The notes beneath the pieces were generated by a model. That model was not told the DNA's origin. It made no database searches and was given only the letters and a program-made list of their open reading frames with translations. Below, in pieces: positions 41,701 through 50,910 of a stretch of 64,000 nucleotides of DNA (its first letter is position 1; the number at the start of each line of letters is the position of its first letter). A program made the position numbers and the translations under genes. Where the stretch lies: assembly GCA_002633005.1 (NCBI GenBank), contig NMRA01000287.1:387507-451506 (forward strand), in the 5' to 3' direction. Source of the stretch: Phoronis australis (Eukaryota; Animalia; Phoronida).

Positions 41701-41739
41701 ACCCGCCAAGGAACCCTAAATCTGTACAAATGGACCTAA
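2673..41739 (+). CDS. Gene 1 (5'-partial, 12 exons): probably extracellular protein, F5/8C-F5/8C-LamG-like-3x EAR/EPTP
   Basis: Exons 2673-2881, 6722-6829, 8518-8659, 8951-9159, 12033-12140, 24410-24551, 25264-25416, 30401-30487, 30859-30928, 39891-39988, 40614-40712 and 41285-41739. All have AG acceptors and GT donors (one GC); phases match and the 1880 nt join into one frame ending TAA (41737-41739). Confidence 0.85.
4613..4690 (+). pseudogene. tRNA-like (Pol III type-2 promoter) sequence in the left foldback arm
   Basis: A box TGGTGCAGTGG (4622-4632), B box GGTTCAAATCC (4665-4675), acceptor-like pairing CTGAG/CTCAG. The anticodon stem does not pair, so this is tRNA-derived rather than a tRNA gene. 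Confidence 0.65.
4861..4939 (-). pseudogene. tRNA-like sequence in the right foldback arm
   Basis: Minus strand reads GCTGAGTGGTGTAATGGTAAAGTCGGCTACTCTAAACTCTTGAGGCTCGGGTTCGAAACCGACCTCGG: A and B boxes intact, anticodon stem broken. Confidence 0.65.
6722..6829 (+). CDS. Gene 1 exon: F5/8C domain 1, part 2 (absent from the ORF track in this frame)
   Basis: ttttacag|GLKTGRQWVTQLKISTSTDGNSFACVTDPVTGSCDT|gtatga; WVT...S-x-DG motif; 108 nt, phase 0/0. Confidence 0.9.
7162..7831 (-). mobile_element. LTR of a Gypsy-like retrotransposon with adjacent PBS-like flank and a partial second copy at ~6942-7020
   Basis: Minus strand TGTCAGAAT...TAACA termini; HSEs, then TATAAG (7542-7537), then AATAAA (7233-7228); followed by ACCTGCGCCC, exactly as in the homologous copy at 59475-60105. 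Confidence 0.6.
8518..8659 (+). CDS. Gene 1 exon: F5/8C domain 1, part 3
   Basis: gatcag|FTGNSDANTVVDQMFTRGAVMARYVRMQPTGYFGHKSLRIEVYGYSE|gtagga; classic F-x-GN-x-D...ARYVR-x-x-P...LR-x-E-x-YG. Confidence 0.93.
8951..9159 (+). CDS. Gene 1 exon: F5/8C domain 2, part 1 (GC donor)
   Basis: ttccag|DTHIERAFGIRTGVIPMSQISATSS...SSWCP...VTVDLGKLRVITKTAMQ|gcaagt; 209 nt, the same length as the paralogous exon 2673-2881. Confidence 0.9.
9270..9675. mobile_element. MITE with ~31-bp imperfect TIRs
   Basis: CCTGTGCCGGGTTGCATGAAACAGTCCCAAA versus TTTGGGACTGTTTCCTGCAACCGGGCTCCAGG. Confidence 0.6.
9795..11186 (-). mobile_element. THAP-domain DNA transposon remnant (ISL2EU/Harbinger-like), internally deleted
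   Basis: TIRs AATAGCGGATTTGCAGCG (9795-9812) / CGCTGCAAATCCGCTATT (11169-11186). Minus strand codes CCVPGC...SFYVFP...IRR...FKPTRGH and, after an insertion, HRVCSEHFPGGKKTYENN, i.e. a THAP C2CH zinc finger. Confidence 0.75.
10227..10884. mobile_element. Non-autonomous DNA transposon nested inside the THAP coding sequence
   Basis: Ends TAGGCAA...TTGCCTA(CTA), flanked by the direct repeat GATGGTCCC (10218-10226) / GATGGCCCC (10885-10893), an 8-9 bp TSD with one mismatch. Confidence 0.7.
11311..11345 (+). repeat. (AAC)n microsatellite
   Basis: aacaacaacagcaacaacaacaacaacaacaacaa. Confidence 0.9.
12033..12140 (+). CDS. Gene 1 exon: F5/8C domain 2, part 2
   Basis: acacag|GRRAYPHYVKTLKILLSQDGTDYYCVKMTGTNNCTE|gtaagg; 108 nt, paralogous to 6722-6829. 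Confidence 0.9.
12550..12587 (-). ncRNA. Minimal type I hammerhead ribozyme-like motif (U3-A8 core variant) downstream of a Penelope-like ORF
   Basis: Minus strand CAC-UUGAGAA-U-GAAACA-AGUA-UGUUUC-GAAA-UAUC-GUG: stem I CAC/GUG, perfect 6-bp stem II, GAAA, palindromic AUAU stem III, UC cleavage site. Confidence 0.55.
12704..13090 (-). mobile_element. Penelope-like retroelement fragment (GIY-YIG endonuclease, frameshifted)
   Basis: SVVYEFVCP...CYIGQTVCSLSRRLSMH, then in another frame NGAIHDHF...RLKVLESLLIAFEKPILNEQ; GIY-YIG signature with E...P-x-LN C-terminus. Confidence 0.8.
13090..17127 (+). mobile_element. Decayed, 5'-truncated Ty3/Gypsy LTR retrotransposon of Gmr1 type (PR-IN-RT-RH) with 3' LTR
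   Basis: Protease C-terminus (YDLIIGN); integrase Zn finger (SHES...FYWPG...CRSCDICQ) and core (IAVDLIG...SDCGTQF...ERING); then RT (RFCIDFRRLN, KIDLSKG, MPFGL, YVDD at ~15349) and RNase H (QTDAS, SVIERE, HTDHQPL, ADYLSR to 16148); many stops and frameshifts; PPT GAGGAGGGG just before the LTR. Confidence 0.93.
16250..17127 (+). repeat. 3' LTR (878 bp)
   Basis: TGTCAGA...TCTGACA inverted termini directly after the PPT; a close copy lies on the minus strand from 63562. Confidence 0.88.
17235..17931 (-). mobile_element. Diverged solo LTR of the same family, inverted, ~107 bp from the 3' LTR
   Basis: Shares reverse-complement blocks with 16250-17127 (ATATTTATTCTGACA, TCTTATCTGCTATCCAAGCT, GATTGTGCGTAGAT, TTGACTGTGG). 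Confidence 0.8.
23645..23727 (+). repeat. (TG)n microsatellite
   Basis: Long interrupted TG dinucleotide run. Confidence 0.95.
24410..24551 (+). CDS. Gene 1 exon: F5/8C domain 2, part 3 (absent from the ORF track)
   Basis: ttttag|FTGSTNPTDVFYQTFVIPQVARFVRLQPIDFHYSKSMMIEIFGFDTS|gtgagt; 142 nt like 8518-8659. Confidence 0.92.
25264..25416 (+). CDS. Gene 1 exon: LamG/concanavalin-like domain, part 1
   Basis: ccacag|KLTLLERKVNFTGKLAIELGYDLPFQSQDYSLSVVFQTSSERTVFLSRQTA|gtaaag; F-x-G...S-l-s-v-x-F-x-T pattern; phase 1/1. Confidence 0.8.
25782..29372. mobile_element. 3.6-kb non-autonomous TIR transposon with subterminal repeat arrays (EnSpm/CACTA-like layout)
   Basis: ~55-bp TIR TACAGCACACATCACGAATTT...GGTCGGAAATTGGT; many GGTCGGCT/AGCCGACC motifs near both ends; no intact ORF. 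Confidence 0.75.
29373..30197 (+). repeat. Degenerate ~30-bp minisatellite that continues at ~25640-25770 on the other side of the transposon
   Basis: Recurrent GGTCATGGATGTCATTTGCATGTACACTAT-like units. Confidence 0.6.
30401..30487 (+). CDS. Gene 1 exon: LamG-like, part 2
   Basis: gcaacag|AGSSLTLLSKQFGLNNGKLYYHADGVGPV|gtaagt; phase 1/1; NNGKL motif. Confidence 0.8.
30859..30928 (+). CDS. Gene 1 exon: LamG-like, part 3
   Basis: tttcag|EGQTPVADGCEHQAVFTFQAATS|gtaatg; matches the v-x-DG-x-W-H-x-v-x-x-T motif; phase 1/2. Confidence 0.82.
31276..34021 (+). mobile_element. Non-autonomous Helentron-associated (HINE/DINE-1/pearl-like) element with a ~410-430 bp tandem array and a related element nested at 31335-31998
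   Basis: 5' CTGCGCGTGCAAGCGCAG plus (TATTCT)n microsatellite; 3' ACGCGCAG, hairpin TTATTGTCACGCCGTGACAATAA and CTAGTT end; unit marker AAAGGTCATTRRRTGCAAACTAA (variants) at ~32308, 32717, 33145 and 33576. Confidence 0.8.
34070..37907 (+). mobile_element. Decayed DNA transposon with long imperfect TIRs and transposase remnants (Academ-like)
   Basis: Left ACCCTGCAATG...TTACTGTAAA...GTTGCACTTAGTGCAAC mirrors right GTTGCACAAAGTGCAAC...TTTACAGTAA...CATTGCAGGGT; right end CTACTAGACT. Internal fragments MLTYFFVAGHHN, ADQFEE...KQVKGPG and DEDD*RKI resemble transposase motifs I associate with Academ. Confidence 0.55.
34605..35262. mobile_element. MITE with subterminal TACTCCGAA/TTCGGAGTA arrays, nested in the Academ-like element (ends approximate)
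   Basis: Three to four inverted copies of the 9-mer at each end. Confidence 0.55.
38980..39171 (+). pseudogene. Orphan ubiquitin-specific protease (peptidase C19) C-terminal His-box fragment, absent from the ORF track
   Basis: ISSYDLSGYKIKAVIEHHGRNTTGGHYTCCVKSSAWEWINFDDSTVTSTSKPPLDAYIAIYEL*: AVI-x-H-x-G...GHY...W-x-x-FDDS-x-V...AYI-x-x-Y; in-frame TAG directly upstream; no Cys box seen. Confidence 0.8.
39891..39988 (+). CDS. Gene 1 exon: LamG-like, part 4
   Basis: ttttttcag|RFTFYLDGELEQNSQSDPAPAMSSDIATHKIYL|gtaagg; YLDG and IYLG motifs; phase 2/1. Confidence 0.88.
40614..40712 (+). CDS. Gene 1 exon: LamG-like, part 5
   Basis: tttacag|GNAADLYMVGELRQVDYFFYVLNATQAKKEWNK|gtatat; fits G-e-l-x-x-v-x-x-f-x-x-v-L; phase 1/1. 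Confidence 0.8.
41285..41739 (+). CDS. Gene 1 last coding exon: three EAR/EPTP repeats
   Basis: ttgtag|EWSSFQTLSQ...YMAVTD...IIFNWN / LETL...FFEAGDQLYYV...SVIYKL / RFYEHAQL...FHRDGYLFLAQLN...LYKWT*; matches the EPTP pattern F-x-x-x-Q-x-l...F-x-x-x-g-x-x-fLa-x-x-N...iy-x-W. Confidence 0.8.
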
Positions 41740-41868
41740 TCATGTCCTTTAGTTGAACAAAACGAATCAATGACAGTAGACGTACAGCATATACTTTTAA
41801 CAATTGTTCATTTGAAGACACGAACACAAAAGTTCTATCGAAAAATACATTTTGCACTACAATTAAAA

Positions 41869-41874
41869 AATAAA
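41869..41874 (+). promoter_or_regulatory. Candidate polyadenylation signal of gene 1
   Basis: AATAAA 130 nt after the stop codon, followed by GT-rich sequence. Confidence 0.55.
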
Positions 41875-44800
41875 GTGTGTCACATGAATAACGCTAGGTG
41901 ACACTTGTGTTTGTTGGCTGTGTTTCTACACCAGAGGTCGCTAGGCAGTGTGTTTGCAGTCTGCGAATACTCATTTTGAATTATTTTTGGTGTTGTACCC
42001 GTACATTTTATCAGCGACTTTGGGACTGTAGTTTGCGAAAGAATAGCGAATGTTTTCCTTTGGCATACATTTTCGGCAACTGTGATTGTGTGCTGATGTT
42101 TCGAAAAGTTTCAACCCTGCATATATATATTTCATCAGATCAATGTACCGGTAAAGCTACTTTGGCGATGTATCAAATTCTAGTTGTTACGCTTTGATGG
42201 TTCACTATTCAGCGTGGTAGCAATATTCCACTAATTGTAAGGTGACTCTTAATGGCCAATTAATGTTGGTGCAAAATTATGATTCATAACGTCATCATTA
42301 CAATACTGGAATTGAAGTAAGACATTACTGAGTTACGGATAGTGTATTCATTGTGAACATTTAAATTTAAAATAATGTAGTGACGTCATCTATCTTCGTT
42401 ACCAATTGCTGTTACAATAAGCTTTAAGGTGAGACAACTTTTTTGTTTATTACCCAACATGACATCTCCAATTCAGCTGTACCTCAGGCCCCTCAATTTT
42501 GAATGGCGGACGATGTTCATGTATGGAATTGCATAACGGAGGAACCGTGTGTGTAGAGGAGGACTTTGTTTGGAGCACTGTTATCATTAGGGTTGTGAAA
42601 ACTGCTTCTATATCATTTAACTAGTGAAGCAGACTGAGTCGTATAATTCTTACAATGGTGTACATGTAAAGTGTTTGATTTTCGCTATTAAATTACCTGT
42701 TATTCTCTGTTTTTAGTTGTCTCGGTAGAAGTCACGCCGTGACGTCGAGCACTACAGGCAAAACACTTAAGCAACTAAGATTATCTAGCGAATGTCTTAA
42801 GTCTAGGCAACGGACCCTACGGAAATAGTAGTGGATGGGATGAATTACTGAATAGTAAGGGTGACTGCGAGAGTACTCGAATACCAGGCGTATGTGGAAG
42901 CATGGGTCCAAAATGTTTATATCGCTATAAGTTATGTCGTGACGCCATGGGTTGCAAGTTAAACACTCAATCAGCTTCTCTCGCGTGTGCTTTGGGTCTA
43001 CGGAACGCACCCGCATAGACAGGGATTCCACCAGTCCAATAAGGAAACAGTCGTGGATGGAATGAATTAGTGAATATTGAGGGTGGCTGCGAGAATACAT
43101 GACGCCAAGGTGTTTGTGGAAGCTCGTGTGCGGGGTTGAATGAAAGCTATCACCGGTTTTCTCCTATTTCAGTATCAGGTTACGGACCTGGTACATGTAC
43201 ATGTACGTCTCGTTTATATCTTCCGCCGCTTGCTAGGGGAAAGTAATATTGGTGGGAAAATCCGTGCGCAACGTGTATACTCGTATAAGGAGCGCAAATA
43301 TTCGACATCGTCAACTTATAGCATTGAATTCAAAGCAACGTCAACACAAATTTCATCTTTTTTGAATGTCAAAGTTTTCCCATAAGGTCACGGGGGGCTT
43401 AGTGCCTATTGAGACGTTGTTATGTACTTCGGGAGTCGAAGGACCCGTTTAAAAGGTACATGTACACCTTTGCACCCAAGCATAAGTATTCACTAACTTC
43501 CTGAAACGTTTTTATGTTTTGATTTAGTTAAAAATGTAGCTCATCTCTCCGTTCATCTCCAGTAGTTACATCGTTCTTAGAAGAAGGACCTACACTCTTG
43601 GTGAGCACTTGGGTTATTTTACAACTTAACAATGATAACAGTGCCACCGGGAGAACTATTGATGTTGAAACATATAGACTCGGACTTTTTAGCTTACAAA
43701 TAACTTGCCTTTGAAACAGACTTACATGTACTAGTACACTGTGTGGCATCGTCTGTCATATTTGTCAGCGAATGTTCGGCACACATTACCAATGACAGGG
43801 CACTGAAAAATCACGATTCTCGTTTTCAATTTGACCAGTACTGCATATTCATCAAACGCTTTCCCTCTCAGAAAGACCTGCGTGAAAGGGCTCTGTTCTA
43901 GTGCAAAGCTTGTGAACTGATGATCAAAAACGAGCAAGTAATTTCCTCAAATTGTTGTATTAGACTACATGTATTTTTCAAATTGTAGTTACACAGTTCA
44001 ATAACATTGATATTTACTCGAATTAACTGGAGTGCAAATTGTGCACGTCACAGTCTATTATTCTCTGACGAAATTCTCAAAGGAATAATTTCACGTCACC
44101 AGGTCCGTATATCAGTGCCTCTCTAAAATCGTGGATTTAGAGAAGCATTTTCAAAGAATGTTCCTAGTTGCACCTGCACCGTTCTTACATTGTTGCCGTT
44201 ACATCTAATGCATCGTAGTCGTAAAAGTAATACACTTCATTCACGTGAAGACAAAAATATACTCAATACATATTAAAGATTATACAGGCCCCTTGAAGGA
44301 CGCGAATGCTCCTTTGAGCACAGAGGCATCAAAGAAAAATACAAATGAATGTTACATATATCTAGAATTACAAAATTAGGTGAAAATATAATTTAAAACT
44401 GAGTGTAAAATACTAGGGAAGCGTATCGACAATACACAAAAAGCACTGTTCATAATAGTGAACCCAAGTTCATCAATTTCAAAGCAAACGTTCTTAGGAT
44501 GGTCTATAACAGAAGATATCATAACGAATGGGCAAAGGTTATTAACGATGTGAGGCAAGGTATTGCGAACTGAATCTTCTGCACAAGGAGTGTGTAGATG
44601 TCGTTGCCTGGTGTAATGTTCATGAACACACCCAAGGCTTATTAAATTGAAAATGTTAAAAAATGAAGGTAAGTAATTATAAAAAAATTAATTTTGAAAT
44701 TTTACAATAGCAACAACATACAAGTATTTTTATTTGAGTATCTGTGTAGTCCTAAATGAAGGATCCGTATGAACACTAAAACAACTAGAAATAACAATAC

Positions 44801-47800
44801 GAATAATTAATTGTGTAATTTCAATATTCTATGATGTTTACAACCAGATAGCAGCAAAATGAATTAATTAAAATGAGAAGGACAACACCATTATATTAAG
44901 TTTTCAAAGATTCCAAGGGCAAGAAATGTTTATTATGTTTTTAAGAACACCACAGAATCTGTTATGTTCCTCATCACATTGTTTATGTTTATTTAAGAAG
45001 TTAACGTTTCACGTTTGTTGATTTATTTAAACACAAATGCTGTTTCGGCAAAATGGCCGATCCAAACCCCATCCAAATGACCATGATAAGCAGACGGCGT
45101 ACTTACCCGAAGTAAGACTTGGTAAGTCTTGAGGTGCTGCCAGTGAATAATGACATCGCGGCTTGTGCCTAAGAGACGCTAACTATGCTAATGGCTGCCT
45201 CCATCGTTGTGTCACGGACTATAGCGACACCTAGCGGGTGTGTGCTCCGAGGAAGTACGTGAGACGTCGACTGCCATGGCCGATTTTCTTTCACAATTTG
45301 AAAATTATGAAGTTTGTTTGTTTAAAACATTAAGATAATAAGATGTGACCGGTATTCTGGAAAACACACACATAGGCAAAATAAAGACTAAATCAAGAAA
45401 AATCATTAAGCAAGAAGGCGATTCAGTAATCCGTTGTGACCAGGTGAAAGTACAGTAGGTTATTGGAGGATGGGCAGCTACAAAACCGGGAGGGATTTTT
45501 CCACGGTGGCCGGGTAAATAATAAATATAAGATAGGTCGGTTGAAGGTTGCAAGAAAAACTCTGCATCGCAAATCAACCAAAAGGTTAACAGCAGAGATA
45601 GCCCAATATCCCAGGTATTAATAACTTCAATTACTAATTACTTATTGAAACTTTCATCACTCACACTTTGAATGAAAAAAAATTGAAACATTAATAAATT
45701 CTCGTCGGTTTGTAACAAAGCAAAAATTGACATAGTAATGACACACAAACATCATATGAAAGGGTAGTTAGTGTTTTCACAAGACACACGTGTGCACAGA
45801 ACGGCAACTTAGTCGAGTCCATATTCTGGACTTTTCCATGCACCCGTGCCTGGGTGGAGTTTGGCGAGTGAAACTGGGAGCAACTGAGGGAGCAGGTTAG
45901 AAGCCAGAGAGACGGATATAATTCCCGCCTGCCTAAAACAGTCAAGATTTCTATTGAAAACAAATTTCATCAAATCAAACATCTTCGATGACCTCCAGAT
46001 CTTGTAAACCAGGAAAAATTCAATGTTTATTTACTCACATTTTATTAACTCGACTATGAGCAGTTATTTGATGGCATATATAGCCTATACCAGCAGGTTA
46101 AAATTGTACAACTTCAAAGTAAGTAACAAAAGTATGCTTTATTTCCCGACATGATGTTTTAAGAACTGTGTCAAATAAAAATTTATACAAACGACGTCGT
46201 CACCGATTGTAACGAGGTTCCCATGGTAGTTCACACATTATTAAAGTACACGCCGGTGTAGCATTCAATGTGTCTTTAAATTAACATTTCCTTCATATAC
46301 CAAAAAAGCAGATTACCAAACCATGGAATTAGAACTAATTATGTACTGACGTCTCAACCACGATAGAAAATAAATGTGCACCTCGAATGGCAATCAAAAT
46401 TGCACAGACTGGATGCATCTTTGCCATATATAGCTGTGTAATGTTTCGTTTAGAGGCATTATCTGAGAAAACCTGCAGAGGTCGGCGGAGGCAAGTTAAA
46501 TTTCATGGATTTTGTCAATTGGGTTTTATTAAGGATACCAAACAATATAATAAAAAGTTATTTTAAAAATCAAAAAATGTTTTGTATGGATTACAGCACA
46601 TCCAATATTCCCATTTATTCCAATAGGGAAATGGGTAGTAAGTGTGGAATTTCAAAAGGCTTTTATTAGAAAGTAGTTCCTAACTATTTAAAGTGAGATA
46701 TTTTTTTCTACTAAAATAATGTAAATTAAAAATATTCCATCGTCTAATCTGTGGGAATTTTTTTCACAGTTCTTGTGAAATGCCGCCAAATACGCAGAAT
46801 TTTGGGCAATTCTATGAAGCTCTCCAGCATTGGAGGTAAAATTGAACAGTTTACCAAAACCGGAAAAGTCGATAGCGTCCGTTTGTACAGCGATTTCCTT
46901 CGAAATTTGGCTCTTATTGATGTGCGGATACATGGTATTTATTTAATAATTAGTAGAACAATGTTTATTTGTTGTTTTTTTTCTTCGCGTAGAATCGGTT
47001 GCTGTTAATACAATAGCACTAAGAAGTGTGTAGTGATCATTAGCAGGCCCCGCCAGACTCGATTTCATAGTCAATCGACGAAAGTTGCGATTGTGTTTGG
47101 AATTCTTGCTACATGTAGTTTGATAATGTATTAAGAAATTTCTAATATTCACTTCTTCAACTGGCTATCATTTCAAGAACTGAGTCGTGTACGGTGATTC
47201 CCTTATAAGTCGACGTAACGTAGGCTTAACAAAAGCTAGCCTTAGTACAAAGCCAGCTGGCTAGACTGGCTAAACAAAAGCCAACGGTTGAGTCAAGGTG
47301 ACGTTTCGATATACGTCTTTTGGATTATGGAGTAGAATTTTTGACAATATTCAGTACAAAATTGGCAAAAGAATAAAATTGCTAAAGGGGAGGGGGGCCA
47401 TATTTTTGCCAATTAGATTTGTTGCCACAACGTGAGCAAAATACAAATATTTCTTTACAAAATATCCAAATATCAAGGAATCTGTATCACAACGAAACAC
47501 TTCAGTGCAAGTTGTCGAATGTAGAATATTCACTTTCTATGCAGAAGATTCAGTTACACAAATTATGAAATCTACAGACAGTTTTGAAAACACCGCCGAC
47601 TTTGAAAAAGTGTTCTGTGAACAATTAAGTCATTGTATACCATATATGCACAACACCCAAAAAACCGCACCAGAGTTTATTCTTATTTAATAGTAAGACA
47701 CTGGAGTACCCACAATAAAAATCGTCAATGTCAATTCAAAGCTGCACGCCACCAAGAACAATGTGCTTTCGGTTTCAATTTTATAGAACACCTTAATTTA

Positions 47801-50800
47801 TAACTACTATTGCCCATCAACAGGAACTCCACATTATTTTTTAAAGGTTACTTTCATTGGCGGATCTAGTATACCATAATTAAGGGGGGCCAAGATGTTG
47901 CCTCGGAGAATTGGGCATAGCGCAATCATTTGCTCAGGCGGCCCGAAAAGAAGTGGTGATGTGGACCCTGGTGTACCCAAATTCTATCGGACTAAAAAAA
48001 ACGGGAACATGGTTCCGCCGCGCTCTACCCTCCACCCGTGCAATTTCAAATTGGTGCACTCGATTTTTCTTCACGCTGCGGCTGTTTAATTTTCCTTGCA
48101 CCAGCCAGGGGGCCGGCCCCCCTGCCCCCCAAAATCCGCCTATGACTTTAATGCCTGAAACATTTGAGTTTTCCATCTCACATCAGATTATAATTTTCTA
48201 CCATCCTTTTTTGTTTTCCAGTTTGACTGGGCAGAAAATAATCGTACATGCCGATCATTATAAGTCTCTAAGTTCAGTAATGGGCAATGGTTTTGTAATA
48301 AAATGAATGTTGAAAAGGTCTCTTAATATTGATATCGAACAAACATGACTGTGTGTTTATTTTGCAATAACTCTCACTACATTATTGAAATGGAGTTGCA
48401 AAGGAAAAAATCAATGTATTATAGAATTGTGATGACAGAACAGAAAAAATAAGTTTCCTCACATGTTAAATAGTCTGTGGTGACCGTAGTACCATGAAAC
48501 ATGGTCCAGTTACGCATATAATTGTTTAACTAACTTGTGGATTGTCTGTCTAGTAGTCATTATGTCCTTAATAGAACAACATCTAACTCTGAACAGAGAG
48601 TGCAATTCTATGAAAAGAGGTCATTAAACTGCAAGAATCTAAAAGCAATGAATGCAAATAATAAATAAACAATTTGTTCATATGCAAAAGAACTCGAATG
48701 TCTATTTGTATATTATGATCTTCAAGTAATGTAAAACATACATAACTAGCTTCTAAAATCCATACTTTCAACCATAAATTAGATGAAAACAGGAATACTT
48801 CAGAGTTGCACCATCATGAACTACTAGATAATGTATACATAACATCTTATCTCGAAAGGCAACACCTAGGTGCAATAACCTCACATAAAGCTGACAAAAT
48901 TTCTATATATCATGGACACAGAAGTTCCACTAATCTGTCAAATAGATTTGGAGAAAGTTTATCCAACTTTAGCTGAGTCAGACAGAATTCTCTTGAAGTC
49001 TGCTCAATGTTTCATAGAAAACTAAATGTACTGTGTGAAACAAAATTTGGATCAAAATCCAAAAACCAAACTAAAGCAAATCATTTCCAACACACAGGAA
49101 GTCTAAATGAAAGGCGCACAGAAGTCTATGTAAATTAATCAAAACTCCATAAAATAACCTTATTTCGTGTCATCCACTAACAGTAAAGAATAGACGAGAC
49201 TAATATGCAACAAGGCTTTTCAAGGCAATGGTTAAGTAGGTAGAAAATGCACCAATATTGGTTCCACCGATGGAAGTGTTCAAGAGTGGCACACCCTAAA
49301 TCATGTAATATAACTCCACACGTATCACCAGCAGTTTGCACCTTTCAGCATCTATAGAAAACCATAAAACTCTCAGAAAGACATTTATTCTTTCAAGGGT
49401 TCAGCAACAGAAGTAAGCCACTGTGATGAGACTAAGCATTGCAACTGGAATACATTTCAATAGGTTTGAGTCCTATTCAAGTAGCTTGGAAATACAATGG
49501 CATATGTGACCACCAATTTCCCATTCCTACAAACATCACAATGCCTACCCACAACCCCAACCTCGGTCAGCACCCGCTGATGAAGGGGTGAACACATATA
49601 TCCTTTAAAAAATCTATTCTAGACATCAGCATGGCAAGCGCACATCTTTAAGTAACCTGTAACAGTATTCAAACATTCAGATTTACGCTTACATAGCTTA
49701 ATGTCTATGTTCAGCAGCTTAGAAATTTCTTTCAAATTCGCAACTTTCAGATTGCTCAACTTTTTGTCCCTCATCATCTCACACAAGTTTTCTCCTCTAT
49801 ACATAATCGGGTGCATTACCCCTGCTTCACGAAATACTGCGTCCCTATTTTCTCTTCCCAGATACGTCGACCATTTGCAACATCATCTTCGTCTTCATCT
49901 TCAAATACTGCTTTGCATTTTATTTGAAGTGCAAGTCGTGAAAAAAGCTAGATATCTGTTTGGCTGTACGCCACTCATTGGAAGGAAACTTCGATCTGAT
50001 GAACTGAACACAATGCCCTGGGTCTGCTTTTTGGCCACTTTTCTCGCCATCGTTAAACATATGTGTAAGGAAATCCATCACACATTCGGACATTCTTGGG
50101 GCTTTGTGACCGATTTCAATGCCCAACATTCCTCTAATGTTGAAAATCCAAATACTTCCTCAGCCATTTGCTTGTAATTATCTGAAAAATAGGGTAAAAC
50201 ACCTCAACAGGAGGGAGATCACAGTTCATCCGGTGATATGAATTGACATTTAGAAAACTTTCTTGCACTTGATTTCTCAACTAAACACACAGGCACTGCA
50301 AATGCTCCATTCGCGATTACCTAAGTTCAGTATCAGGAACCATGTTTCATATCTGCGCTCTGAAGTCCTGACACTGACTTTAGGTGTGTCCATGAAAACG
50401 AAATTACCTATGAGTTACAGATGGACGACCAAGTGTACATCGTGACTTAACGCGACAAACCGGCAACTTCCGTACCGTCCTTGATCTCAAACTGTCAAAT
50501 TGCGACGTGTGTTTGGGCTTTTTGGGAACATTTTTCGGCTTTGACTGCGAATTTATAGCGAACTTGCTGTAGAGCAAGACACCGTGAATGTTAAGAAAGA
50601 ACAATTGCTCATGGTTTGTGTAAATTTATTGAGTTATGTGCTTGATATGAATGACTGAATCGAAGCACCCATGAAATTTCTAGTCCCGAGTGTCATACCT
50701 TGTAGTATTATATGTAGTGTATTGGGGACCATCAGAAGCTGAGGTCGCTCGTGGTAATGCACAGGTCCTCTTCTTAAATGTACTACATGTATAAGAAAAG

Positions 50801-50910
50801 ACATTTGCCTTAAGAAAAAAATAAATGGAAACTAGTGACTACCGAAAATGATGCTTGTTATACAGCAGTAACTGGTTATCATGTTAATTTAGAAGGCAGG
50901 ATTCCAACAG

